DNA of 42,495 bases, from IMG/VR virus record IMGVR_UViG_3300045988_027069, one strand, 5' to 3'. This document shows, piece by piece, positions 13,449-23,924 of this stretch. The translations under genes and the position numbers were made by a program. Each line of letters starts with the position of its first letter. Positions within the stretch are counted from its first letter, which is position 1. The notes under the pieces are model-generated. The model saw only the letters and a program-made list of their open reading frames with translations. It was not told the DNA's origin and made no database searches. The DNA comes from a virus.

Positions 13449-16400
13449 TTCTTGTCTCCTTTCCTTTTGTTGGCCTCCTGCCGCCACTTGATGATGTTGT
13501 CCCGCGCCTTGTCTGCGTCGCCTCCAATAGCCTTGTACGCGCTGATGTAGGCATTCTTGAGCCGTGTCGCCTCGTCTCCGGTCGCTGCCAGCCAAGCTTC
13601 CTTGAAGTGCGTCGTGAGCTGTGAGGACAGGTCGCCCTTGTCCACGCCGTGCTTCATATACTCCCTGGCGACCTTCCGCGTATCGGCCAGCACGCCCTTG
13701 TCCACTGCGTCGAGGAACTTCCCGTACTTCTTCCAGCCCTCGCCGCCCTTCCACTCTTCGAGCGTCCAGTAAACGTCGTGCTCGTCCTCCGCCCCGCAGT
13801 ACTCTTTCAGGAACGCGGCGGCGGTTTCCTCGTCTGCCAGCCCGTCTTGGAAATCCTGCTTCATCTGGCTCCGGAGGCTGCTGTTTACCGAGCTTTCCGC
13901 CTGCGCCTTTGTTTTTCCTCCGGCCATTTCTGCCGCAATGGCGTCCGCGCGAAGTGTCTCGTATTCCGACACGCCCTCTGTCGCTGCCTGATAAAGCTCC
14001 GTATGCCCTCCGCCCTCCATGATGATCTGGGCAAATTTGAACGCATCCAGAACACCGCGCTTCTGCGCGGCGCTGTAGCCCTGCTGATTTGCCCACTGCC
14101 GGAAGGCGTCCGCCTTTTCCGATGCCTTCATGCTTTCGTCTGCGTCTATCTGAAGCTTTTTCTGCGAAGCCTTGAGGTATTCGTCCATCCCGAGCACGCC
14201 GTTTTCTCCGGTCAGTGCGTCTATGCGTTCGCGCTCCTTGTCTCCGGCCATCATGAGGTAGTAGTACGCGCCCTGACCGGCCGTGGATACCTTGGAGGAA
14301 AGCAGCATATTCAGTTTGTCCAGCTTCGAATCCTCGCCGTCTCCGAGCTTGGAGATCCTGCGGATAAGCCTGTAGCTCTCCTCCTTGTCCGCGCCTGCCG
14401 CGATCATGGCTTGATATGCGGTCGTCTGCTTTTCTCCGATGGCCCGCTCTTCTCCGGCGTAATAGCGCCCGGTCTCGCTCAGACCGTTCGGGCCGAATAC
14501 GACCGCCTGTATCCACTTTCCGATGTTCTTATTGTCTACCGGATAACGAAGCTTCGTCTGCTCTCCGTAGCCCTGATACACGCCGCCTCGAAGCATCGCG
14601 TCGATACCCCGCGCTGTTTTCTTGATCTGGCTGCCGCCGGGTATCATTTCAGTCCCGACGTCGAACGTCGCCTTTGCGATGTCCTGCGCGCTTTTGCCGC
14701 CCTTGACGGCATTGATCCACTTGTCGAGTGCTTTCGTCGGGATCGCCGCCGGAAGGGAATTGTCGCCCCAGCCGATCAGCGCGGAAGCATTCTGCAAATA
14801 GGGGATATCGTTTGCGATATCGCCGCCTGCGGCCTCCAGCGCTTTCCACCCGTCAAAGCTGCGCTCTTCGTTTTCTGTCCCGAAGAGCCGTTCGCCCGTG
14901 AGCTTTTCCCATCCGTCGTCCATGACCGTCCGCAGCGCGTCGTTGACTGGCAGGCCGTACCCGCTCGCAACGAAATTCGACGTGATCCCCAGCACATCGA
15001 ACTGCGCCGGTGTTCCTCCGTATGTCTCATCCGAGAGCCTGTTCATAATAAACGCCGCGATCAGATATTTGACAATGACGCCCGCGAGCGCCTTGATCGC
15101 CTTGTCCTTGCCGTACTTCTTCGCCATCATCCGGAAGTCGAAGCCCGCCGTGTCCTGTGTCAGGTGCTCCCACGAGTTGGCAACTTCAAGCTGGAAGGTG
15201 TTCACAAGCTGCATGACCGGACTTTTGGAGTTGAACGCGACCGGCTTTGCGCCCTTCGAGCGGTCGCCCATGACCGCCGCGCCGTATTTGTCGGCGTAGC
15301 GCATGGCCTGCTCGTGCGTCATGCCCTTCTGGATGCCCTCCAGATAGGCCGCCCGCACTGCGATCGTCGATACCATGGCGTCCGCGAACTCCTGGGCCTG
15401 TCCCACCTTGTCGAGCGCCCACTCGTACATATTCTTTTCATCCGTGACAAGAAAGTGTACGCCCTTCTTGCTGGTCAGATAGTCGCTTTCCATTGCGAAG
15501 TCCGCCTTGCGGAGCTGTCCGGTCACCATGTCCTTGACGGCTGCCGCCGTGTTCCGGACGCCCTTTTCCGCGACAATGACCGGCAGCTGCGCCGTCTGGT
15601 TGAGGATCGTTGCAATGTTTCCCGCGACCTTCGCCGCTCCGAACCCTCGTGTGAGCCGGTTTCCGAAATTCAGGGCCTTTCGCCCGAAGTCTGCTTCCGT
15701 GGAGCGGTCTCCCATGGTCTGCTTCCCAGCGAGAATATTTGCGTAGTTGTCCAGCCACACGACAAGGTTAGAGTAAGTGCTTTTGTTTTTTGCGTCCTCG
15801 TACAGCTTGTCCAGCTCCGCTTCGATCATCGTGTCCAGCTCCGCCTGATCTGCGATTGTCCCGTGCGGAAGCTTTCCTTCCTGCTGCAAATAAAGAAGCT
15901 GTTCGTCCGGAAGCTTTTCCCGCAGCCATGTATACCGGTCAATGTCGAAGCTGATATCTTCCGACGAATACCGGCGGCGCAGGTAGTCGCTCAGCGCGCG
16001 CACCGTCATGATATCGTCCGTGTGATAGAACACCTCGGACATATACGCAACGTAGCTTTCAAAGCCCTTGGCTGCGTCAAAGTTGTATGTCTCGCTTGTT
16101 CTGTGCAGGAAATACGGATTCCAGCGCTTGTTTGGCTTGAAGTTCGCGGTCAATCCGGCAATGCTGGTAGGCAGCGTCACCGTATCCTCGTTGAGGCCCA
16201 GCGCTTTCAGTGCCGAGTCGAGCGCGCCACGGCTCTCTTCCGACTGCATATGCGGCGCGTAGTTTTGAATGAATCCGATCGGCTCGTATCCGTGCGCCAC
16301 GAGGAAGTCGTTAATTGCCGCGTAAAATTCGTTGTATTTCTGCGTGTATGCCTTTGCGGCGTTGTCGATCTTCACCGCGTCGATCTTGCCGTCTGCCATC

Positions 16401-19400
16401 ATGCGCAGCGCCCCGACCCACGAGGCATACATCTTCGCAAGCTGCTTTTCGTTCTTGTTGAGGTGCTCGCTCTTCGCCGCCTCGCTGGCCTTCATACCAT
16501 CCGCAATCTTCAAGCCTGCCTTGGTGATCTGTGGATTTCCCGGCATATCCCCGAGCAGTGCCTCCGTTGCCTTGCCCTCCATCACGAGCTGTACAAGAAT
16601 GCTCTCCTCATGTGTCAGCTCCGACTTCCTGCCCGTTGAATCCGCGAATTCTCGCACATCGTCAAACTGCCGGTTGATAAACCGTATCCTCTCAGATTCG
16701 TTCCCCTTGATCGGGTCGAAGATCGCCTTGTTGATCTTCTCGCCGGTCTCGTCTCCGAAGATTTTCAGCATGTTCCGCTGCGCTGTCCGGTGGTTGAGCG
16801 TGAACATATCCTGCACTTTATTGTCCTTGACGTCCTTGAACAGCGTCTCCAGCACTGCCGTCGTGTCCTGCCGGATGGATTTCCGCTGCGCTGCAAGCCG
16901 ATCCTCTCCCAGCGCCGCTTCGGCGTTCATGTAATCCACCAGACTGAGCACGACGCGCTTGCTGAACCCTTGCGGGATGTCCTGCATATCAAACACGCCG
17001 TCCGCGATCTGCCTTGCAAACGCGACTTCCTTTGCGGTAGCGCCCAGCCGGTCTATCGCGCGGTTGACCTCCTTTTTGGCCTGCTTGAACGCCTTGTCCA
17101 TCTCAATGAGCGTCTGCGTTTTCCCGTATCTGCCTACGGAGCGTTCGACCTTCACGCCCATTTTTTCGAGCGCGCCCGTACTCTTGAAGTCATTCCGGCT
17201 GCTTTCCTGCCAAGCCTGACCCTTTGCCTCTGCGCTCATGGCTTGAATTCTTGCCGGGATGCTTCCCTCGGCAAGCTTTCTCCGCATCATCCAGAATGTC
17301 GCCTCGTCAAGCCGCTGTCCCTCCGGCACAGTCTCGGCATAATACTTGTATACATCCTGCATGAACTTCGTGTTCTGGACAGTCTCCGCCCGGTACGTTC
17401 CGTCTGCATTTGGGAATTGCAGCGTCAGCGTCTTTGTGGATCGATCCGGCTTTGTCACGAAATCCAGCAGCGCCTTGGTGTACGCCTTTCCGTTTCCGGC
17501 CCAGTCCGCAGCGCGTGCGCCCTGCGTCACGATGCCGACCCTTACGCCCGGCGGCGTAATGCCCATCAGCCGGTAAAACGGATTTGGATCACTGCTGTAC
17601 GCCCAGTCTGCCTTTGCGTCAAAATTGAAGATCGGCACGCCCGCCGCCGCTTTCTTCGCCGCATCCTCCGTCGCCGTGCCTGCCTCTGCATCCGTCTCCG
17701 TATCAGCAGGGGAGTAGCGCTGTTTCTGCTGCGCCTCTTCATATGCCTTTGCGAATGTGGTTTTCCCGTCGGCTGCCCCCGATGTGTAGCTTGACGCTCC
17801 CGATTTTTCCCACTTGACACCTGCTATAAAGTTGCGTATATTGGTAGTGAAGTCACCGCCTTGTATGGCTGCCAGCGAATTGGCCGCTGGTACCCCAGCA
17901 AGCGCGGCTTGGCTTCTTTTTTTATCCAGATACAGAAGCCGCCCGTCCGATGCTGCTGCCTCAAGGTCACTGATCAGAGCTGCACGGTCATAGCTGGTGA
18001 TTACCTTGTTCGCGTCGATGCGCTTCCCATTCAGTGTGCCCTTTGTGTTAAGCGTCTCAATGACGACAATCGGGCCGCCTTTCCCAGCCTCTCCAGTGAC
18101 CAGAACGATATTGCTGGCACGTTTCCCGTTTGCCCCGGCGGTGTCGGCAAATGCGGCAACGGGGTTTTCCGATGCGTTCAGCACCCGCTGCAGGCCATCT
18201 GCGCCGAGTCCGTGGTAGTTGACGTTCTGCCTGTACCGGCCATCTTTCTTTGCCTGTGCCTCGGTCGCCATCGCAGAATATGCCTTGTTCGCTGGCATTG
18301 TGACGTGCAGTGCATCTGCGCCGATCACATCCGTCAGAAAGTTCGACGTCTCCCCGATGTAGACTTCCCCGCTTTCCGCCTTGTATGTCCCGTCGAACAC
18401 CTTCCGTAGATCTTCGCCCAGTCTGTCGCTTATAGAATATCTCTGATTCTTCGTCGGCTTCTCTGCATCCGGTTCCGCTATGCTTTCTCCCAAAATTGCC
18501 CGCACCGTCTCTGTGAACTTTGTCGCGTCCGCATCCGTATACCGGAGCATTCTTCCGGCGGCGTCTGCAAGGACTTCCTCCGTAGCGATGTTGAAAAGCG
18601 CTTCCTCGCTCATGCCCTCATAGACGCCGCGCATCCGCTTGACGTACTGCCCGGCAATCGCCATCAGCTCCGATTCGCTGAAACGGTCAGCCACCGCCTG
18701 CGCAGCTGCGTTCCTCTGCTCCGTACTCAGATCATGGAAAAGCGCATGATCGATCAGATTTTCCATCGCCCACTTTGTGCAGTCCGCGCGCACAGTGATC
18801 TGCCGCGTTCCGGTGTCTATGAACTCATCCACCGCCGTTCCGTTCGCAAGCCGAATTCTTCCCATGACGATATTGAGCGACGCTCCACGGGCCTCCACGG
18901 CCTTCTGGAGCGCTTTTTCATGCTCCCCATACGCTTCCACCGGGATTTTCAGCAGCGACTTTGTGGTGTCTCCGCCTTTCAGCCCCGCTTCTGCCGGGCT
19001 GATGTTTTCTGCGCCAAGATCCCGCGCACGATTGCGGAGGCGAACTGTCTCTCCTTGTCGCTCAAGGGTGCGTTCGATTTCTGAGCCTGCGCCCATGCGT
19101 CTACTCTGTCCTCCGGAATATACGCTTTCTGTCCGTCCTTCGCCGTTACGGCGACTAGCTTCCTGCTGTCCATACTGTTCCGTACCCCTTTCTGTATCCT
19201 CCTGAATTACCGTCTGCGCAGCTTTCTGCTGCGGCATTGCCGCCTCCTGTGCTGCCTGCATGGTTCCCTGCTGCTGGGCTTCTCTCGCTGCCTGCCGCGC
19301 ATCCCGTTCGTCCGCATACTGGTTGTACGTCTGAAAAGCCGCCTCTTCCTGCGCGGCCTGATCTGCCTTTGCCGCCGCGTCAATGACCGCCTGCACCTCT

Positions 19401-21325
19401 GCCGTATCCGGCATCTGACCGGCATTGACCTTCTCCATGACCGCCTGTGCGGCCTCTGCGGTCGCCTGATCCCCGCGCTCCTTTGCCATCGACTCAACGG
19501 CGTCCATGACCTGTCCGATCACGTTCAGCTGTTCGCCCTTGTTGTATGCCTCTGTGAGCTTGTTCGTCCCCGCATACGCGCCGGACATGGCAAGACCGGA
19601 GATACCGCCCGCTAGGAACGAAAGCCCGTCCTCTTTCAGCATATCGGCCAGCGTCAGCGCAAGCGCCTTTTCCTTCGTATTGCCCTTCGAAAGATACTCC
19701 GCATACGCGCCCATGACCTCGCCCCGGTCGTGCTTTGCCGCAACGTCGTAGATGCGGTTGAGCCAGTTGGACGCGATCTCTTCCGCGCCCTCGGACGCGA
19801 AGGCACGCAGCGCTTTTTTCCACACCTGTTTTCCGCTGAGCATGGTCTCAATGATGTCGCCCACGGAGTATTTCTCCGTGAATCCCTCGATAGCGCCCTC
19901 TACGATGCCGTCAATAAGCGCCTCCTGATTGGACTTGCCGCGCTGAATGCCCTCATAGACGGAATCTGCTGCGACCTGCGACCCCATCACCCAGTTCATC
20001 GTCTCTGCCACCGCCGAGGACGCCGCTTCTCCGCTGAGTCCTGTCGTTCCGACGAGCGCTGTCGAGACGGCCATGTTGACCGCGCTGTCCAGCGCGGATG
20101 TTCCTGCCTGATACAAAAACTGTCCGACCGGCCCCATGCCCTCCATGACGCCGCTGCGGATACCGCTCGAGACGTGCGTCGCTGCGTACATTGGGCTGTA
20201 GATGTTCGTCGGCATATCTGCGTTCTGATATCCGCCGAGTCCCTTCGGCAGAATGCCGCGAAGCGATTCGATGTTTCCAAGCGCCTTGAACGGCGCCATC
20301 ATCGACGACGTTACCGTCGAGAAAACAGGCGCATCCTGTCCGAACTGCTGCGCACCCGACATGCGCATCTGATAGTCCTCGAAATCCTCTAAGTACTTTT
20401 CGTATTCTGCCAGCCGTCCGATCTGATCCTCAGAATACCCCTTCTGCTGGAGCCTGTGCTTCGCGTCCGTTTTTTTCAGAAGATTCGTCCCGTTGATGTC
20501 TTTCAGCAGATTTCGCGTCTCTGTATCCAGCGTGCCGACGGCGTTCTCCGCCTGTCCAAGCGCTCGTGTGGAATCCAGCGCCGCTTTTTGGGTCTCCAGC
20601 GTGTCGATCTCGCTCTGTATGTCCATGACCCCTCGAGCCTGCCTGCGCGTCCCGTTTTCATCGGTGTACCAAGCCGTCCCGTTCTCGTCAAACTGATAGT
20701 CTCGGAAATGCTCGTCGGATTTCTGCTCATATAGCTGATCCAGTTGCTTCTGCATTTCTGCCGAAGTCCGCTTCATGCCGCGCAGTTGATCCGGAAGGAC
20801 CGTCTCCCTGTATCGCTTTTCCTGCTCCGCAGCCCGTCTTTCCAGCTCTCCGTCGAACTGATTCAGGCCGATCAGGCGGCTGTAGTCCTGCCCGGCATTC
20901 GTCGCCGCCTTCTGGGCCGCCGTGCCGGTCTGCACCTTGCGCTGCTGCTGACGTTCCTTTTCCTGCAATGTCCGCCGGTACCCGCTCATCTGGTCGTGGT
21001 TGATGGAGCCAATGATCTGGTTCTGCCGCTCCTGCATCGTCCTGAGGTACCCGCTCAGCTGGTCATGGTTGATCGAATCCGCGATCTGCTTGTACTGCTG
21101 ATACGCCGCCTCATAGCTCTGCGGCGTCGCTTTCTTGGTGCTCGTCCGGTAATCCGGATTATACGGGCCGTTCTTGACGTTCTGCCCGCCGCCGTTGCGC
21201 AGATAATCGTCAAGCAGTGCCTGACCGTTTGTGTTTCCGCTGCTGGACTGTCTCGAAATGCCGTATCCTGTCTCCTGCTTATACTGATCGAGAAGGTCCC
21301 GCCCTGTTTGTTTCTTCTTCGCCAT
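13445..21325 (-). CDS. Giant multidomain virion protein (2,626 aa): tape-measure/ejection-protein-like with polyvalent-protein-like architecture
   Basis: Single uninterrupted ORF with SD GAGGA. Q/Y/R-rich coiled N-terminus with an internal repeat SINHDQ(L/M)SGY.RT.QE, Gly-rich hydrophobic segments and several globular-looking blocks. Confidence 0.8.
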   Translation of the reverse strand: MAKKKQTGRDLLDQYKQETGYGISRQSSSGNTNGQALLDDYLRNGGGQNVKNGPYNPDYRTSTKKATPQSYEAAYQQYKQIADSINHDQLSGYLRTMQERQNQIIGSINHDQMSGYRRTLQEKERQQQRKVQTGTAAQKAATNAGQDYSRLIGLNQFDGELERRAAEQEKRYRETVLPDQLRGMKRTSAEMQKQLDQLYEQKSDEHFRDYQFDENGTAWYTDENGTRRQARGVMDIQSEIDTLETQKAALDSTRALGQAENAVGTLDTETRNLLKDINGTNLLKKTDAKHRLQQKGYSEDQIGRLAEYEKYLEDFEDYQMRMSGAQQFGQDAPVFSTVTSSMMAPFKALGNIESLRGILPKGLGGYQNADMPTNIYSPMYAATHVSSGIRSGVMEGMGPVGQFLYQAGTSALDSAVNMAVSTALVGTTGLSGEAASSAVAETMNWVMGSQVAADSVYEGIQRGKSNQEALIDGIVEGAIEGFTEKYSVGDIIETMLSGKQVWKKALRAFASEGAEEIASNWLNRIYDVAAKHDRGEVMGAYAEYLSKGNTKEKALALTLADMLKEDGLSFLAGGISGLAMSGAYAGTNKLTEAYNKGEQLNVIGQVMDAVESMAKERGDQATAEAAQAVMEKVNAGQMPDTAEVQAVIDAAAKADQAAQEEAAFQTYNQYADERDARQAAREAQQQGTMQAAQEAAMPQQKAAQTVIQEDTERGTEQYGQQEASRRNGEGRTESVYSGGQSRRMGAGSEIERTLERQGETVRLRNRARDLGAENISPAEAGLKGGDTTKSLLKIPVEAYGEHEKALQKAVEARGASLNIVMGRIRLANGTAVDEFIDTGTRQITVRADCTKWAMENLIDHALFHDLSTEQRNAAAQAVADRFSESELMAIAGQYVKRMRGVYEGMSEEALFNIATEEVLADAAGRMLRYTDADATKFTETVRAILGESIAEPDAEKPTKNQRYSISDRLGEDLRKVFDGTYKAESGEVYIGETSNFLTDVIGADALHVTMPANKAYSAMATEAQAKKDGRYRQNVNYHGLGADGLQRVLNASENPVAAFADTAGANGKRASNIVLVTGEAGKGGPIVVIETLNTKGTLNGKRIDANKVITSYDRAALISDLEAAASDGRLLYLDKKRSQAALAGVPAANSLAAIQGGDFTTNIRNFIAGVKWEKSGASSYTSGAADGKTTFAKAYEEAQQKQRYSPADTETDAEAGTATEDAAKKAAAGVPIFNFDAKADWAYSSDPNPFYRLMGITPPGVRVGIVTQGARAADWAGNGKAYTKALLDFVTKPDRSTKTLTLQFPNADGTYRAETVQNTKFMQDVYKYYAETVPEGQRLDEATFWMMRRKLAEGSIPARIQAMSAEAKGQAWQESSRNDFKSTGALEKMGVKVERSVGRYGKTQTLIEMDKAFKQAKKEVNRAIDRLGATAKEVAFARQIADGVFDMQDIPQGFSKRVVLSLVDYMNAEAALGEDRLAAQRKSIRQDTTAVLETLFKDVKDNKVQDMFTLNHRTAQRNMLKIFGDETGEKINKAIFDPIKGNESERIRFINRQFDDVREFADSTGRKSELTHEESILVQLVMEGKATEALLGDMPGNPQITKAGLKIADGMKASEAAKSEHLNKNEKQLAKMYASWVGALRMMADGKIDAVKIDNAAKAYTQKYNEFYAAINDFLVAHGYEPIGFIQNYAPHMQSEESRGALDSALKALGLNEDTVTLPTSIAGLTANFKPNKRWNPYFLHRTSETYNFDAAKGFESYVAYMSEVFYHTDDIMTVRALSDYLRRRYSSEDISFDIDRYTWLREKLPDEQLLYLQQEGKLPHGTIADQAELDTMIEAELDKLYEDAKNKSTYSNLVVWLDNYANILAGKQTMGDRSTEADFGRKALNFGNRLTRGFGAAKVAGNIATILNQTAQLPVIVAEKGVRNTAAAVKDMVTGQLRKADFAMESDYLTSKKGVHFLVTDEKNMYEWALDKVGQAQEFADAMVSTIAVRAAYLEGIQKGMTHEQAMRYADKYGAAVMGDRSKGAKPVAFNSKSPVMQLVNTFQLEVANSWEHLTQDTAGFDFRMMAKKYGKDKAIKALAGVIVKYLIAAFIMNRLSDETYGGTPAQFDVLGITSNFVASGYGLPVNDALRTVMDDGWEKLTGERLFGTENEERSFDGWKALEAAGGDIANDIPYLQNASALIGWGDNSLPAAIPTKALDKWINAVKGGKSAQDIAKATFDVGTEMIPGGSQIKKTARGIDAMLRGGVYQGYGEQTKLRYPVDNKNIGKWIQAVVFGPNGLSETGRYYAGEERAIGEKQTTAYQAMIAAGADKEESYRLIRRISKLGDGEDSKLDKLNMLLSSKVSTAGQGAYYYLMMAGDKERERIDALTGENGVLGMDEYLKASQKKLQIDADESMKASEKADAFRQWANQQGYSAAQKRGVLDAFKFAQIIMEGGGHTELYQAATEGVSEYETLRADAIAAEMAGGKTKAQAESSVNSSLRSQMKQDFQDGLADEETAAAFLKEYCGAEDEHDVYWTLEEWKGGEGWKKYGKFLDAVDKGVLADTRKVAREYMKHGVDKGDLSSQLTTHFKEAWLAATGDEATRLKNAYISAYKAIGGDADKARDNIIKWRQEANKRKGDKK

Positions 21326-21334
21326 ACTCTATCC

Positions 21335-22471
21335 TCATACGCGCGGGATTCCAAATCCGGCTTTGTTCAGGATACTGACCAGCTCGTTGTACTGCTTCTT
21401 GCCGGTCGCGGTGCTTGTGTCGATCTGAGCGGACATGGTATAGAACAGGTCAAATGCCTTATCCTTCTGTCCCGCCATGATCCACTCGGTCATACCGCGC
21501 TTGAGCTGGTTGTACGTCTGTGCCGTCGCGCCGCCCGCACCGCCTCTGTTGTAGGTGTTGTCGATATAGCCCTTTCCGTTTCCGGTGCCGGAGCTGCCCG
21601 CGCTTCCGCCGCCGCTGCCGCCGCTTCCGCCTGCGGCCTTCTGCTGCGACTGCCAATAGGCCTGCTCCTGCGCGGCCTTCTGCTGCCAGTAGCTGAGCTG
21701 GTCCGACCACTGCGTGTAATCTTTGTTCCACTCGGAGTCGTAGGCGCTCCGCGCGTCGGCAAGATCGTTGTAGTAGTCCGATACCGTATCCCGGTACTTG
21801 CTGTAGTCCATGCTCTCCCGGTCGCTCACGAGGCCGTACCGGTTGTAGAGATCCTGTCCCTCGTCCTGATACCGTCCATACGCCCGGTCGTAGAGATCCG
21901 GCACGATATCGTTCAGACTCTGGAGGTATGCGTTGTAGGTCTGCTGGCCGACCTGCTCTGCGTAGGTCGAGCCGTAGCCGCCCGTGAGGCTGGCCGCCTG
22001 ACCCATCGTGTCCTGCATGGCCGTCCTGCCGAGCCTCTGATACTGCTCCTTGTACTGCTGGTACAGCGCGTCCTGGTTGAGATCGTATTGGAACGGCTTT
22101 CGGTTGGTGATCTGGTCGTACAGGCTGTCCAGCTCCGCATCCCACCGCGACTGGTACGCGCCCGGCCTCCGGCTCTGCACCTGCTGGAGATACGCCTTTG
22201 CCTGCGAGACTGCGCCGGAAGGGGAGTAGCCCCGTTCCAGATTCCCGAGCCTGCCCGCCGTGTAGTCGGAATAGCCCGGCAGCGTGTTCCGCGTGGAATA
22301 GCTGCCCTTGTAGTTCTGTGTGGTCTGGCCCTTGTTGACGAGCGTGGACTTGTACTGCCCGTCGGCCCCTACGCTGTCGATGCGGTAAGTGCCTCCCGCC
22401 GTGACCACCTCGTCGCCGACGCCGAGGCCGGACGGCGCGCGTCCGTCGTCATTTACTCTGTACAGCGCCAT
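21335..22471 (-). CDS. Internal virion/tail protein (378 aa), Q/Y-rich with a Gly-Ser linker
   Basis: Repeated YxxQY/YNxY motifs and a GGSGGSGGGSAGSSGTGNG linker. Directly upstream of the giant gene. Confidence 0.7.
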   Translation of the reverse strand: MALYRVNDDGRAPSGLGVGDEVVTAGGTYRIDSVGADGQYKSTLVNKGQTTQNYKGSYSTRNTLPGYSDYTAGRLGNLERGYSPSGAVSQAKAYLQQVQSRRPGAYQSRWDAELDSLYDQITNRKPFQYDLNQDALYQQYKEQYQRLGRTAMQDTMGQAASLTGGYGSTYAEQVGQQTYNAYLQSLNDIVPDLYDRAYGRYQDEGQDLYNRYGLVSDRESMDYSKYRDTVSDYYNDLADARSAYDSEWNKDYTQWSDQLSYWQQKAAQEQAYWQSQQKAAGGSGGSGGGSAGSSGTGNGKGYIDNTYNRGGAGGATAQTYNQLKRGMTEWIMAGQKDKAFDLFYTMSAQIDTSTATGKKQYNELVSILNKAGFGIPRV

Positions 22472-22652
22472 CTTTCGTCTCTCCCTTCTCGGGCGGCGTT
22501 GCTGCCTCTGCCGCCTCCTGCATCTCCACGAGCCTCTGAAGCTCCGCCCGGTAGCTGTCGAGCACGAGCGCTGCCACGACCGGCGGCAGCCTCGACCCGT
22601 TCAGCGCCTCGGCGATCTTCCTTCTCAGCTCGTTAACTTCTTTTACCATCAT
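22449..22652 (-). CDS. Small structural-module protein (67 aa)
   Basis: SD GAGGAGGG. Overlaps both neighbours, consistent with translational coupling. Confidence 0.6.
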   Translation of the reverse strand: MMVKEVNELRRKIAEALNGSRLPPVVAALVLDSYRAELQRLVEMQEAAEAATPPEKGETKDGAVQSK

Positions 22653-23917
22653 GTACCCTCCTCGGTATCCTCCGTGGCGTTGCCGGAGGTGTTGATGCTG
22701 GCCCCGTTAAAGGTGAGGCTCGTTCCCTTGATGCTGACGGCTCCGCTGCCCGCGATCTGGACGTGTGCGCTGTCGTCGCCGTTCTGTATGTACACGTCGC
22801 CCGACCCCGCAATGATGCGCACTGCGCCGTAGCTGTACAGCTCCACTGCCGACGCCGCCGAGCTTGCGCCCGTGATGCTGATCCATCCCTTGTTGCCGAT
22901 GTTCAGATCCAGCGACGCCAGCGCGCCGGATGCGTTTGTGCTGACCGATGCGGCCAGCGCCGTCAGCTCCTGCACGTCCGCGATCAGCGACGAAAGCTGC
23001 ATCTGAATGCTGGTGTAGCTGCCGTTCTGGTTGAGCAGCAGATCGCTTGCCTTGATGGAGCCTGTGATATCCGCGCCCGTCGCGGTCAGCTTGCCGGTCG
23101 AATCCACCTTAAATGCACTTCCGATGGAAAGCCCGTCCGTTCCGAAGTAAAGTCCGGCCCCGCCCCATGTGTTGTCGGTGCGGTAGATGCTGCTCTCGGA
23201 GATGCTCCACGGGCCGAAGCTCGACCCGGCAGCCGCCGTGACTGTTCCGGTCAGCTTCGCGTCGAATGCCTCCAGCGTCCCGGAAGGGAAGTGCAGCTTC
23301 TTTTCCGACAGGTACGCGACCTCGTCGCCGCCCTGCCAGAAGCTGACCCTGCCGGACGTGACGGTCAGCAGCTCGTTCTTTGTCTTGTCGATGACTTCGT
23401 TTTCGTTGGACACGGTCGTCTCGATGTTGCCCACGCCCACGCCGTACACGGGCTTCACCCCGTCGTAGTACAGAAGACCCGTCTTCACATACTGCTTCGA
23501 GTTCACTGTGAACGCGTTGTTGACGCCCGCCGAGAATTCATACAGCTGCCGGATTCCGAACTCGTTTCCGTCAATGGTCATGCTGGCCTCCCGCCAGTAC
23601 TTTCCGAAGTCCGACACGGCAACATAATTTCCGCTGAGCTTGAGCTTGAATGCCTCGGAGTTCTCCGCCGCGAAATCCGCCGTCTTGATGATGAGCGTCT
23701 TGAGCGCGGCAAATCCGCTCAGCTCCGTCAGCCGCTCCTCCTTCGACAGTGCGCTTGCATCGATGGCCTGCGAGATCTGCGTGAGCACCGCGCCCGCCGA
23801 CCAGTCCGCGCCGTTCAGCTCATCCGTCAGCTGCACCAGATACCGCCGCAGCCCGTCCAGCTGCTGCGCGGCGTCTCCGCCGGTCATGGGCGGATACTGT
23901 AAAGTCAGACTTCCCAT
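22649..23917 (-). CDS. Tail protein (422 aa)
   Basis: Beta-rich, Ser/Thr/Gly-rich C-terminal half (SITGASSAASAVELYSYGAVRIIAGSGDVYIQNG...), typical of tail or spike proteins. Confidence 0.65.
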   Translation of the reverse strand: MGSLTLQYPPMTGGDAAQQLDGLRRYLVQLTDELNGADWSAGAVLTQISQAIDASALSKEERLTELSGFAALKTLIIKTADFAAENSEAFKLKLSGNYVAVSDFGKYWREASMTIDGNEFGIRQLYEFSAGVNNAFTVNSKQYVKTGLLYYDGVKPVYGVGVGNIETTVSNENEVIDKTKNELLTVTSGRVSFWQGGDEVAYLSEKKLHFPSGTLEAFDAKLTGTVTAAAGSSFGPWSISESSIYRTDNTWGGAGLYFGTDGLSIGSAFKVDSTGKLTATGADITGSIKASDLLLNQNGSYTSIQMQLSSLIADVQELTALAASVSTNASGALASLDLNIGNKGWISITGASSAASAVELYSYGAVRIIAGSGDVYIQNGDDSAHVQIAGSGAVSIKGTSLTFNGASINTSGNATEDTEEGT

Positions 23918-23924
23918 GCGCGCC

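Noticed and set aside
13449-14516. Upstream 356 codons of track ORF 13092..14516 (-), overlapping the giant gene in another frame
   Set aside because: The sequence is Arg/Gly-rich and low-complexity. The real 118-aa gene starts at ATG 13448, which forms an ATGA overlap with the giant gene's stop.
13649-16639. Very long + strand ORFs (for example 13649..16639 at 996 aa, 25955..28363 at 802 aa, 20744..22636 at 630 aa, 31341..32924 at 527 aa, 29861..31336, 16790..17794) lying antisense to structural genes
   Set aside because: They have Arg/Leu/His/Val-rich junk-like composition and no SD sequences, and they lie fully inside well-supported minus-strand genes. These are the typical stop-poor shadow frames of GC-rich coding DNA.
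21459-22145. Same-strand alternative-frame ORFs inside structural genes (for example 21459..22145, 25184..25840, 27162..28601, 32847..33488)
   Set aside because: They are Arg/Gly/Pro-rich, lack SDs and have no recognisable motifs. Unlike the MTase case, no conserved-motif or codon-usage signal favours them over the annotated frame.
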